DNA of 60,933 bases from NCBI GenBank assembly GCA_903830625.1, contig CAIKUK010000024.1, positions 1 through 60,933 of the forward strand, in the 5' to 3' direction. Made by a program: the position numbers and the translations under genes. Below, one piece after another: positions 9,049 to 18,132 of the stretch. Source of the stretch: Candidatus Yanofskybacteria bacterium (GTDB taxonomy: Bacteria > Patescibacteriota > Minisyncoccia > 2-02-FULL-40-12 > GWA2-44-9). The notes beneath the pieces are model-generated. The model did no database searches, had not been told where the DNA came from, and saw only the letters and a program-made list of their open reading frames with translations. Each line of letters opens with the position of its first letter. The stretch's first letter is position 1.

Positions 9049-9903
9049 TTGGAACAAACAATAACAAAAGATATCGTCGTTCTGTATCACGGCAATTGTA
9101 CTGACGGTTTTTCGGCCGCTTGGGCGGCTTGGAAAAAATTTGGCGATTCAGCCGACTATATTGCTATGAATTTTCGGTCATTGCCCCCGGATAACCTTGA
9201 GGGTAAAGAGATTTATATCATGGATTACTATTTTCCTGAGCCAATAACAAGAAAATTAATGGAGAATAATAAACGAGTGACAGGAATTGACCACCATGAA
9301 ACCGGCGAGGCCATCGTTAAAATGACTAAAGATTATTTGTTTGATATCAGCCGTTCCGGTTCTGTTTTGGTTTGGAAATATTTCCATCCCCAAGAACCGG
9401 TACCTAAATTACTGACCCATGTTGAAGATATGGATTTGTGGAAATTCAATTTACCTCAAACCAAAGAAGTCTTTGCTTATCTTGATGCGGTCGGCTACAG
9501 TTTTGACAATTGGGAAGAAGCGGCAAAGTTAGCCGAGAGCAGGGAAGGATTTGATAAAATCGTAGAGAGAGGAAAAGTTATTCTTAAATATCAGGATAGT
9601 GTTATTGATGCCATTGTCTCAACCAATACCATTGAAGTCGAATTTGAAGGTTATAAAGCGCTGGCTGTTAATTGTCCTGTATTTATTTCTCAAATCGGTG
9701 CTAAATTGGCAGAAAAAGCAGATATAGGTATTGTTTGGGTTCAGAATGAAAGAGGGACAAGGTATTCTTTGCGTTCCAAAGGCGAGCTGGATGTCTCGGT
9801 CATTGTCGTCCGATTTCCAGGCGGCGGCGGGCACAAAAATGCGGCTGGCTTTCTATTGGCGCCTGGTTCCAAACATCCCTGGAAAAATAAAAATGAAAAA
9901 TAA
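9049..9903 (+). CDS. DHH/DHHA1 family phosphoesterase (probable TTG start 9049)
   Basis: YHGNCTDGF, IDHH, DMDLW, GGGHKNAAG. Confidence 0.85.
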   Translation: MEQTITKDIVVLYHGNCTDGFSAAWAAWKKFGDSADYIAMNFRSLPPDNLEGKEIYIMDYYFPEPITRKLMENNKRVTGIDHHETGEAIVKMTKDYLFDISRSGSVLVWKYFHPQEPVPKLLTHVEDMDLWKFNLPQTKEVFAYLDAVGYSFDNWEEAAKLAESREGFDKIVERGKVILKYQDSVIDAIVSTNTIEVEFEGYKALAVNCPVFISQIGAKLAEKADIGIVWVQNERGTRYSLRSKGELDVSVIVVRFPGGGGHKNAAGFLLAPGSKHPWKNKNEK

Positions 9904-10336
9904 AATTACCATTTACACCGACGGGGGAGCGAGAGGGAATCCGGGTCCGGCCGGTATTGGCATTGTCATTGAAGGCTTGGCCAGTGGCAAGAAAACATTC
10001 AGCGAATATATCGGCGAGACGACCAATAACGAAGCCGAGTATCGAGCCTTGATTACGGCGCTGGCCAAATTAAAAAAACTTTCAAAGAAAGAAAAATTGG
10101 AACAGATTGATTGTTACGCCGACAGCGAGTTGATGGTTAAACAGCTGAACAGTGAGTATAAAGTTAAGGACCTTAATCTTCGGGGACTTTTTTTGGAAGT
10201 TTTAAAACTTAAATTGGAACTCAAAGTACCAATCTTGTTCCATCATATCAAACGGGCCAAAAACGCCGAAGCCGACGAATTACTTAATCAAATACTGGAC
10301 AAAAAGACCGGCAAACCAAAGGTTTTGTGGGAATAA
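9893..10336 (+). CDS. rnhA: Ribonuclease HI
   Basis: IYTDGGARGNPGPAGIG, TNNEAEYRAL, DSELMVKQL, NAEADEL. Confidence 0.93.
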   Translation: MKNKITIYTDGGARGNPGPAGIGIVIEGLASGKKTFSEYIGETTNNEAEYRALITALAKLKKLSKKEKLEQIDCYADSELMVKQLNSEYKVKDLNLRGLFLEVLKLKLELKVPILFHHIKRAKNAEADELLNQILDKKTGKPKVLWE

Positions 10337-10344
10337 GCCTTTTG

Positions 10345-10353
10345 TGGTATAAT
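10345..10353 (+). promoter_or_regulatory. Extended -10 promoter of rnpB
   Basis: TG-G-TATAAT ending 7 nt before the P1 helix start. Confidence 0.7.
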
Positions 10354-10359
10354 GACGTC

Positions 10360-10770
10360 AGTATGCAGACAATCGCTCGTCTTTAAGACGGGAGGAAAGT
10401 CCGGGCACTATCCTAACAGGTCGGAATCCTTCGACAGGCTCAGGATAAAACGGTAGTGGGTAATTCCCATCTGCGGCAACGCAAGAGGTGCGAACAGAAA
10501 CGTCCGTGCTCGAAAGAGCAGGAAGGCTAAACCCAGACCATTGATTTATCAAAGGTCACAGCTTAGCTCCGATCGGGGATACAAGATCGGAGGTGAAACG
10601 GCCAAATCCTTACTGGAGTGCAAGATCAAATCCCGACTTGTCGGGATAAAAGTAGATCGCTTGAGCTCGCGAGTAATCGCGAGCCTAGATAAATGATTGT
10701 CCATCCCGCCTTGGCGGGACACACAGAACCCGCCTTGGCGGGACACACAGAACCCGGCTTATCGCATACT
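10360..10770 (+). ncRNA. rnpB: RNase P RNA
   Basis: P1 AGTATGC/GCATACT; CR-I GAGGAAAGTCCGGGC; GGTGAAACGG; TAGATAAATGATTGTC; CR-V ACAGAACCCGGCTTA. Confidence 0.95.
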
Positions 10771-10771
10771 A

Positions 10772-10805
10772 AATCAAAATCCCGACAGCTGTCGGGATTT
10801 TGATT
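10772..10805. terminator. Intrinsic terminator after rnpB
   Basis: 15-bp stem AATCAAAATCCCGAC/GTCGGGATTTTGATT. Confidence 0.8.
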
Positions 10806-10853
10806 CCCTGGAATAGATTGAAAAATGTTGCTGGACATGTTACTATTTATGTT

Positions 10854-12248
10854 GTGAAAAAAGCTGACCTATTCTTCAATGTTATCCGTCTGCCCGTTGA
10901 TTTCGGGATGCTCATGCTGGCGGGACTGGCCGCTTATTTGCTTCGGACTCAAGTCTTAGCGAGCCTTCGACCTGTTTATTTCCAGCTTAACTTGCCTCTA
11001 ATTACATATCTCTCCCTCGTGGCTGTGGTGTCTTTGGTTTTTATTTGCACTTATGCCATTTCCGGGTTGTATTCAATGAAAATTCGGATTGGTAAAGCAG
11101 AAGAGTTTCTCAAAGTCATCATCGCTTCTTCAGCCGGAATCATGCTGGTCATTATTTTCATTTTCTTGCGGCAGGCATTGTTTAATTCCCGGTTCTTGGT
11201 TTTGGGCGCCTGGATTCTGGCTATCTTGTTTGTGGGGCTAGGTCGGTTGCTGGTCCGCTACTTTCAGCATGTCGCCGTCACTCGTTACGATTTTGGCGTT
11301 CAGCGTGTGGTTCTAATCGGCGATGACGCCGTGGCTCAAGGTTTAATAGAGCAGCTGACCCAGCGGCCATCTACGGGTTATCGCATTATCGCGCATTGGA
11401 ATACGCCTCAACTTGAAACTCTGGCCGCGCTCGGCGATACCATCGACGAAGTCCTGCTGGTAACGCCTCATTATGCCGACTTAACAATTGTCGATTTAGT
11501 TGATTTCTGCCACGAACATCACATTGTTTTCAAATTCGTACCCAATCTATATCAGACATTAACCAAACATTTAGATGTGGATACTATCGGCACCGTGCCG
11601 GTAATTGAATTAAAACGCACGCCTCTGGATGGCTGGGGCAAAGTATTCAAGCGCGTGGTGGATATCGTAGTGGCAGGTTTGGGGCTGATCATCCTTTCCC
11701 CATTGTTTCTTATTGTGGCGATTTTAATTAAAAGTGAAACGTCTGGGCCAGTCTTTATCAGGCAAGAAAGAATCAGTGAGAAAAATAAATTTTTATTGCT
11801 TAAGTTTAGAAGTATGATTGCTGTCGATCCGGACGGGTCGGCCGATTCATTAAAAGATAGTTTGTTGAATCTGAACGAACGTCAGTCTGGCCCGCTCTTT
11901 AAAATAAAAAGCGACCCCAGAGTTACCAAAGTGGGCAGATTTATCCGAAGGACAAGGATTGATGAATTTCCTCAATTCTGGAACGTGCTCAAGGGCGATA
12001 TTAGTCTGGTTGGTCCGCGGCCCCATCTTCCCAATGAAATTAGTCATTACGAAAAACATCACAAAAAAGTCCTGGCTATTAAAGCCGGCGCAACAGGTTT
12101 GGCCCAAGTTTCCGGCAGTTCCGATTTGCCTTTTGATGAAGAAGTGACGCTGGACAGCTTCTATATTGAAAATTGGTCTATGGGCATGGATTTCAAAATC
12201 ATCTTTCGCACCATCTTTAAGATGTTGCACGACCACTCGGCAGTGTAG
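10854..12248 (+). CDS. Polyprenyl glycosyl-1-phosphate transferase (WcaJ/WbaP-like priming sugar transferase); probable GTG start 10854
   Basis: N-terminal TMs, KRVVDIV, FKFRSM-like KFRSM, DPRVTKVGRFIRRTRIDEFPQFWNVLKGDISLVGPRP; promoter TTGAAA-N17-TACTAT 7 nt upstream. Confidence 0.92.
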   Translation: MKKADLFFNVIRLPVDFGMLMLAGLAAYLLRTQVLASLRPVYFQLNLPLITYLSLVAVVSLVFICTYAISGLYSMKIRIGKAEEFLKVIIASSAGIMLVIIFIFLRQALFNSRFLVLGAWILAILFVGLGRLLVRYFQHVAVTRYDFGVQRVVLIGDDAVAQGLIEQLTQRPSTGYRIIAHWNTPQLETLAALGDTIDEVLLVTPHYADLTIVDLVDFCHEHHIVFKFVPNLYQTLTKHLDVDTIGTVPVIELKRTPLDGWGKVFKRVVDIVVAGLGLIILSPLFLIVAILIKSETSGPVFIRQERISEKNKFLLLKFRSMIAVDPDGSADSLKDSLLNLNERQSGPLFKIKSDPRVTKVGRFIRRTRIDEFPQFWNVLKGDISLVGPRPHLPNEISHYEKHHKKVLAIKAGATGLAQVSGSSDLPFDEEVTLDSFYIENWSMGMDFKIIFRTIFKMLHDHSAV

Positions 12249-12260
12249 TAGGCTTTCAGC

Positions 12261-13340
12261 ATGCGTATTGCCTTCGTTCACGAATACCTCAACCAGTTCG
12301 GCGGAGCCGAAAGGACTTTGGCTGTCTTGGCGGAAATGTTCCCATCAGCGCCGATTTACACTCTGCTTTACGATGAGAAAGCTACTCGGGGTCTATTTAA
12401 GGGCCGAACCATCAATACTTCCTTTCTTCAGAATTTCCCGGGGGCGGTGGGCCATCATGAATGGTATCCGCTTTTGATGCCCCTCGCTATCGAGCAATTT
12501 GATTTCTCGGCCTATGATGTCGTGATTTCTCTCTCGGCATCGTTTGCCAAAGGGATTATTACCAAGCCCCACGCCCGCCATATTTGCTATTGTCTGACGC
12601 CGCCCCGTTTCCTGTGGGACAATAGCCAGAAGTTTGGCAAAGATTTTGGATTTCCGCCGCTAATCAGATTTGCCAGCCAGCCCCTAATCTCATATCTGCG
12701 AATGTGGGACCATTCTGCCGCTGATCGTGTGGATAAATTTTGGCGGATATCTGATTTTGTCGGCAAAAGAATTCAAAAATATTACCATCAATCTTCGGCG
12801 CTGATTTATCCGCCGGTCGACACGGCGGTGTTTCCGTTGGCGACTGAACCGACCGAAGATTATTTTCTCATGGCCGGCCGGCTCGTTTCTTATAAAAAAT
12901 TCGATGTCGCCATTAAAGCGTTCAATGAATTAAATCTGCCGTTGAGAATTATCGGTACGGGACCGGAGATAGGGCGTCTAAAGAAACTGGCCCGCGTCAA
13001 TATAGAATTTCTGGGCCAAGTCAGCGATGACGAACTTAGCCGGCATTATCGCGGAGCCAAAGCTTTAATTTTCCCTCAAGAAGAAGACTTCGGTATTGTG
13101 CCCTTGGAGGCAATGGCTTCAGGCCGTCCCGTGATTGCTTATCGGGGCGGAGGAGCGGAAGAGACGATTATTGAGGACAAAACCGGGATATTTTTCGACA
13201 CTCAGACTCCCGAAGCTATTGTTAAGGCGGTCAACAAATTCAACGATTATAAATTTTCGCCGGCTCGTTGCCGAGCTCAGGCCGAAAAGTTTAGCGTAGT
13301 CCGTTTCAAGGAAGAAATTAAAAAGGCTATCAATCTATGA
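12261..13340 (+). CDS. GT4 glycosyltransferase
   Basis: HEYLNQFGGAER, GRLVSYKKFD, EDFGIVPLEAMASGRPVIA. Confidence 0.92.
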   Translation: MRIAFVHEYLNQFGGAERTLAVLAEMFPSAPIYTLLYDEKATRGLFKGRTINTSFLQNFPGAVGHHEWYPLLMPLAIEQFDFSAYDVVISLSASFAKGIITKPHARHICYCLTPPRFLWDNSQKFGKDFGFPPLIRFASQPLISYLRMWDHSAADRVDKFWRISDFVGKRIQKYYHQSSALIYPPVDTAVFPLATEPTEDYFLMAGRLVSYKKFDVAIKAFNELNLPLRIIGTGPEIGRLKKLARVNIEFLGQVSDDELSRHYRGAKALIFPQEEDFGIVPLEAMASGRPVIAYRGGGAEETIIEDKTGIFFDTQTPEAIVKAVNKFNDYKFSPARCRAQAEKFSVVRFKEEIKKAINL

Positions 13341-14464
13341 TTATCGGCGTTGATATTCGTCCCATGGCCGGCCTGAGAACTGGCGTACAGGAATATACCG
13401 AACAGATTTTGGCCTTTATGGTTAAACTTGCTCCTGAACATAAATTTAAATTATTTTTTTCTTCTTTCCGTGAGCCAGCGCCGGATCGGCCCTGGATGCA
13501 TGTACCCAATGTCCAGCTGATTGCCCGCCGAATTCCGAACAACCTTTTATTTTTTTTGGGGGGCGTGTTCGGGTACCCGTTTATCAATGATTTGATTGGC
13601 GGCGCGGATATATTTTTCTCGCCTCATTTTTTTATGGCTCCGCTTTCCGGGTCGTGCCGGCGGGTAACGACATTCCACGATCTCTCTTATCTCCGGTTCC
13701 CGGAATTCTTAACTTGGCGCAAACGCTGGTGGCATACCATCGAAATGAATCCGGCTAATCAAGCTCGATTTTCAAATCAAATTATTGCCGTTTCCGAATC
13801 AACCAAAACCGATCTCGTTCATTACTACAATATCGATCCGGCCAATATCTCCGTGGTTCATTCAGGTACGGTGCTGTCTCGTCCGGACAATGAAACACTA
13901 ATTCAATTCAAGCAAAGTCACGAACTGCCTGAACGGTTCGTCTTGCATGTCGGAACACTGGAACCTCGCAAAAATATTATCGGTCTCATTGGAGCTTTCA
14001 ATATTTTAAAAGACCAATTGGGATTTGAAGACGTTGAGCTGGTGCTTATCGGTAAGGAAGGTTGGCAATTTCAAAACATTCTAAAAGAGATTCAGAAATC
14101 CCCATATAAATCTTATATCCGGCATCTTGGCCACATTGACGGCGATTTAGCTCCTTATTATAGTCTGGCCACTGTCTGCGCCTGCCCGTCTTTTTTTGAA
14201 GGTTTTGGGTTCCCGGTTTTGGAAGCAATGGCTTGCGGTACGCCAGTTATTGTCTCGGCCAATTCTTCGTTGCCCGAAGTGGCCGGCGATGCCGCTCTTT
14301 ATATAAATCCATATAATGTTTCTGAAATTGCCGAAGCGATGGGAGTAATTTTATCCGAACCGGCCATCCGCAGTCTAATGATTAAAAAATCTCTGGTCCA
14401 AGCGTCAAAATTCACGTGGGAAAACGCGGCTCGACAAACACTCAATATCCTTACTCGGGAATAG
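13337..14464 (+). CDS. GT4 glycosyltransferase (mannosyltransferase-like)
   Basis: TFHDLS, VGTLEPRKN, EGFGFPVLEAMACGTPVI. Confidence 0.92.
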   Translation: MIIGVDIRPMAGLRTGVQEYTEQILAFMVKLAPEHKFKLFFSSFREPAPDRPWMHVPNVQLIARRIPNNLLFFLGGVFGYPFINDLIGGADIFFSPHFFMAPLSGSCRRVTTFHDLSYLRFPEFLTWRKRWWHTIEMNPANQARFSNQIIAVSESTKTDLVHYYNIDPANISVVHSGTVLSRPDNETLIQFKQSHELPERFVLHVGTLEPRKNIIGLIGAFNILKDQLGFEDVELVLIGKEGWQFQNILKEIQKSPYKSYIRHLGHIDGDLAPYYSLATVCACPSFFEGFGFPVLEAMACGTPVIVSANSSLPEVAGDAALYINPYNVSEIAEAMGVILSEPAIRSLMIKKSLVQASKFTWENAARQTLNILTRE

Positions 14465-14473
14465 GGAATTTTA

Positions 14474-14548
14474 TCCCGTTAGAAGTAAGACGCCATTTTA
14501 TGGCATCTGCCGGCCATGCCTTCTAGGCAGGCCGGACTTCTAACGGGA
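14474..14548. mobile_element. MITE-like element, CCCGTTAGA family (copy b)
   Basis: 13-bp inverted repeat TCCCGTTAGAAGT / ACTTCTAACGGGA with a GC-rich palindromic core. Confidence 0.7.
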
Positions 14549-14592
14549 CAAGTCCACAGAGGTTCGGAGCTCTTTAGGTGTACAATTAAGCC

Positions 14593-17172
14593 ATGCTCCC
14601 GACCATAAGAATGCCTTTTGGGGCAATGTTTGACGTTAAGCCGGTAGATGATTCTGGTTCGCTTGATGTTCAAAAAATAGACGCCGTTCAGCCGGTGGTT
14701 AATCTAGCTTCTTTCAGGCCTAAAAAATCCAGACATAAAAATGCTAGCGCTTCGATACCGACATTGAATTCAAGGCCGGCCGAAATATCGGGACAAGTTT
14801 CAAATCAAGTGTCGGAATCGCAGGTGCTTCCGCCGGCGATAGGTTTGCCGTCTCATCAGGACATCAAAGAACAATTTGACGAGCTGATGGGCCATGATCT
14901 TGATTTGGGTGTGGAATTGACCAAGATGGGCTTGTCGGTGCAGACGAATACTAATCAAAGCAAGCCTCGCTACCGGGTTATTAAAAACCGTTCCAGATTT
15001 GAATCTAGTCAATATGCGCCCCTTATTTCGGCGATTTATCATTCCGCCAATACGATTGCCAGAGAAGAATATGCCCCACCTGAATCAGTCGATAATTTTA
15101 AAGTTGAAACCGGGTCTATGCCGGCTTTTGTGCCTGGCGAGCTCTCTCAATCGGCCGAGACCGATGTGCGGTCGCTTTTTTACACTCCTTCAGTCGAACT
15201 TATCGCTAAAAAGAAATCTTTTTCGAGGACAACCAGAATTAGAAAATGGCCTAAACTTAAAATTTCTAGAACTTATGTTTTAATTGCCATCGCTTCTGTT
15301 GTGGCTTTGGCGCTTATCATTGTCTACGGTCTTCGTGTTAAAAAACAAGTTATTCAGGATAGTGCGGCGGCGGTAACCAATCTTCAAACTGCCCAGGATA
15401 GTTTGAAAACTTTGGATTTCAAAAATGCTTCCCAAGATTTCTTTTCGGCTTATGCCAATTTTTCTAAAGCGGGGAATAGTCTGAACGTATTCGGTGCGGC
15501 TCTAACCAGTATTATTGCTGATTTGCCCGGCGGTGGAACGCTTAAATCGGCCAAAAATCTTTTACAAGTCGGCCAATTGCTTTCGGCTGCCGGCACGTCC
15601 ATGACGACGGCTTTAAACGCGGTCGCCAAAACCGGTGCTGTCTCCGATCCGACCAATCCTCAAGTGCCAATCGGCCCGATTGTTACGGCTTTAAAAAAAG
15701 CCCTGCTCGCTTCCCAACAACAAGTCGCCCAAGCCAGCGCGCTCATGGCGGATATCGACAGCAGTGTCATTCCGGCCGACAAGCAAGCCGGTTTTGCCGA
15801 TTTGAAATCAAAAATGCCGGAGTTTGAAGCCGGCGTGAACATGAGCGCCGATTACGCCAAGTTTTTTGAAAACCTGATTAACAGCGGCAAGGCAAAATAT
15901 TTGGTGATGTTCCAGAACGGTTCCGAACTTCGGCCGACGGGCGGATTCCCCGGCACGTATGGCGTGGTTTCATTCACAAACGGCAAAATGGATAATCTTT
16001 TCGTAGATGACGTTTACAATCTGGATGGCCAGATTAAAGAAAATATTATTCCGCCACTTCAGATGCAGCACATTACGCCTACTTGGGGGATGCGTGATGC
16101 CAACTGGTATATTGATTTTCCGACCTCGGCCCGCAATATTGAAACCTTCTATAAAAAAGAATCGGGCCAAAGCGTAGATGGCGTCATTTTCATCAACCCC
16201 GAAATGATTACCAAGATTCTTGATATCGTCGGGCCGATTGAAATGCCTCAATATAAACTGACACTGACCGCCAATAATGTCTTGACCACTATTCAGAGTG
16301 AAGTAGAATACGGCGCCAATCGGACCCAGCCGAAGCAAATCTTAAAAGATTTCGCGCCATTGCTTTTGGCAAAAATGTATAATGCCGGCTCCGATAAATG
16401 GCTGACGATTTTTAACACCCTTATTTTAAGCATGAATCAGCGGGACGTACTGATGAGTTTTGATAATTTATCACTCGAAAGTTTTGTGACTGACAAAGGT
16501 TTTGGCGGGCAGGTCCATCAAGGCGATGCCGATTATTTAATGGCGACAATCACGAACATTAAAGGTTCCAAGACCGATGCCGTGACCGATACTTCACTGG
16601 CGGTGGATACGGTGTTTGATAACACCACGGCGGTCCACACGCTGACCATTACTCGCCAACACAATGGCGGGGGAGCGAAATATGGATTTTATAATAAACA
16701 AAATCCGGCCTATGTCCGCGTGCTGGTGCCGGATGGCGCGGAACTTGTTTCCGTTGACGGCAACGATAAACCCAATTTTGCCCCATTAGTAAATTACTCT
16801 AATTCTAATTTTGTCCGTGATGATAATCTGGTTAAATTTGAAACCAGTGGCAAGACCGACAATACCACTGGTGTCATTACTTATCGTGAAGCGGGCAAGA
16901 CCGAATTTGGTTTTTGGCTTATCACCGATCCTGGCAAAACAAAAACTGTGACGGTTAAATATCGTGTGTCTAAAGCTCTGACCGACAAATCATATTCACT
17001 CTATGTTCAGAAACAACCCGCCTTGAAAATAAAGAGTTTCAGTTTCTCAATGCAAAAGCCGGACGGTCTCACGCCCACCGAATCGTATCCGCTTCTGACG
17101 TCCAAAGATTCCGGCTACAGCTACTCCGGTCCGTTGGAAAACGACCTGACAGTCAAAGTGAATTTCCGCTAG
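14593..17172 (+). CDS. DUF4012-domain membrane-anchored protein
   Basis: Single TM; YLVMFQNGSELRPTGGF, RDANWYIDFPTSA, VDGVIFI motifs as recalled for DUF4012; in a glycan cluster. Confidence 0.8.
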   Translation: MLPTIRMPFGAMFDVKPVDDSGSLDVQKIDAVQPVVNLASFRPKKSRHKNASASIPTLNSRPAEISGQVSNQVSESQVLPPAIGLPSHQDIKEQFDELMGHDLDLGVELTKMGLSVQTNTNQSKPRYRVIKNRSRFESSQYAPLISAIYHSANTIAREEYAPPESVDNFKVETGSMPAFVPGELSQSAETDVRSLFYTPSVELIAKKKSFSRTTRIRKWPKLKISRTYVLIAIASVVALALIIVYGLRVKKQVIQDSAAAVTNLQTAQDSLKTLDFKNASQDFFSAYANFSKAGNSLNVFGAALTSIIADLPGGGTLKSAKNLLQVGQLLSAAGTSMTTALNAVAKTGAVSDPTNPQVPIGPIVTALKKALLASQQQVAQASALMADIDSSVIPADKQAGFADLKSKMPEFEAGVNMSADYAKFFENLINSGKAKYLVMFQNGSELRPTGGFPGTYGVVSFTNGKMDNLFVDDVYNLDGQIKENIIPPLQMQHITPTWGMRDANWYIDFPTSARNIETFYKKESGQSVDGVIFINPEMITKILDIVGPIEMPQYKLTLTANNVLTTIQSEVEYGANRTQPKQILKDFAPLLLAKMYNAGSDKWLTIFNTLILSMNQRDVLMSFDNLSLESFVTDKGFGGQVHQGDADYLMATITNIKGSKTDAVTDTSLAVDTVFDNTTAVHTLTITRQHNGGGAKYGFYNKQNPAYVRVLVPDGAELVSVDGNDKPNFAPLVNYSNSNFVRDDNLVKFETSGKTDNTTGVITYREAGKTEFGFWLITDPGKTKTVTVKYRVSKALTDKSYSLYVQKQPALKIKSFSFSMQKPDGLTPTESYPLLTSKDSGYSYSGPLENDLTVKVNFR

Positions 17173-17374
17173 GGTTCTCAGTTTTTCTCAGGCTTCCGCT
17201 CGGACTATTTCTAGTCGCTTCTCTTAATTTCTCTGGCCGTCCGAAGCAACTCCTGTCGGGCCATGCGGCCTTCGGCCGTTCCCGACATCCTCGGGCCGGC
17301 ACCCAGAGAAATAACATCGAAGCTCCTGAAATAGTAGCCGATTGTGCAGATTGAGAAAAACTGAGAATCCTAGC
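17168..17374. repeat. About 207-bp long-hairpin element overlapping a stop codon
   Basis: 23-bp inverted repeat GCTAGGGTTCTCAGTTTTTCTCA / TGAGAAAAACTGAGAATCCTAGC (1 mismatch) plus nested internal stems. Confidence 0.7.
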
Positions 17375-17406
17375 TTTTTATGTCTAAAACAGGTCTATTT
17401 TCGGCC

Positions 17407-17435
17407 TTGACTTTTTGGTTAAAAGAGCGTATAAT
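17407..17435 (+). promoter_or_regulatory. Near-consensus sigma70 promoter
   Basis: TTGACT-N17-TATAAT. Confidence 0.75.
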
Positions 17436-17482
17436 TAAAGTATGTTGAAGCTCTGAAATAGGGGCTTCCAGAGAGCAATTCC

Positions 17483-17501
17483 GCTCTTTGAAAACAAGGA
17501 G
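17483..17501 (+). promoter_or_regulatory. boxA-like motif abutting a Shine-Dalgarno sequence
   Basis: GCTCTTTGAAAAC followed by AAGGAG, 9 nt before ATG 17511. Confidence 0.45.
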
Positions 17502-17510
17502 AAGCTGACA

Positions 17511-18041
17511 ATGGATACGTCCAACAGCTCAACGGCAGGCAGATTCAAGCTGTCTGATCTCACCAGCAGTCATCATACCGAGGATCGCCAACTGGCCACG
17601 AAGGCCAGGGAAACAATCAACGCCGTCGTGGCCAGCCTCAAGCCGGTTTTGCGCTATCTCACCGTTCAGGTGGATTGCACTGACGCTGCCTTGGAGGTTT
17701 GCAATCATCCTGGTTCCTTTGCATCTGTTGCCGACACCCGGTTTGCGCTTCCGCTCATGGACATGCCTGATTCAAACCGTGACTACCCAAGACGTCTCTT
17801 CGTCGACAGAGAAGGCAATTTCTTCAGTGCTTCCTTCTGTCGTGGTTCCGGCGGGCATTACCATGGGGTGGCTTTTGCTGAGACATGTACGATTGGCGCG
17901 GTGTTCTTCGGTGACCTCATCAAGGCACTTCAGGAGGCGTTCATCCAAGCACAAGCCAAGAGGGAGGTTCATCTGGCGAGCATCGCGACACGGACGGCGA
18001 TGCTGGACCGGGTCATCGAGGCGATGAAGGGGTCGTCGTAA
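17511..18041 (+). CDS. Hypothetical protein (ORFan) in a self-contained expression cassette
   Basis: 176 aa; own promoter, SD and terminator; visibly GC-richer than its neighbours. Confidence 0.75.
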   Translation: MDTSNSSTAGRFKLSDLTSSHHTEDRQLATKARETINAVVASLKPVLRYLTVQVDCTDAALEVCNHPGSFASVADTRFALPLMDMPDSNRDYPRRLFVDREGNFFSASFCRGSGGHYHGVAFAETCTIGAVFFGDLIKALQEAFIQAQAKREVHLASIATRTAMLDRVIEAMKGSS

Positions 18042-18060
18042 CCCTCACGCATGCCAACGT

Positions 18061-18094
18061 GCCAGGTCTTCGCGAGAAATCGCGAGGACCTGGC
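18061..18094 (+). terminator. Intrinsic terminator
   Basis: GCCAGGTCTTCGCGA-GAAA-TCGCGAGGACCTGGC followed by T-rich run. Confidence 0.8.
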
Positions 18095-18132
18095 CGTTTT
18101 CTTTTTCTTTTTATCAAGATATACTTCAAATA

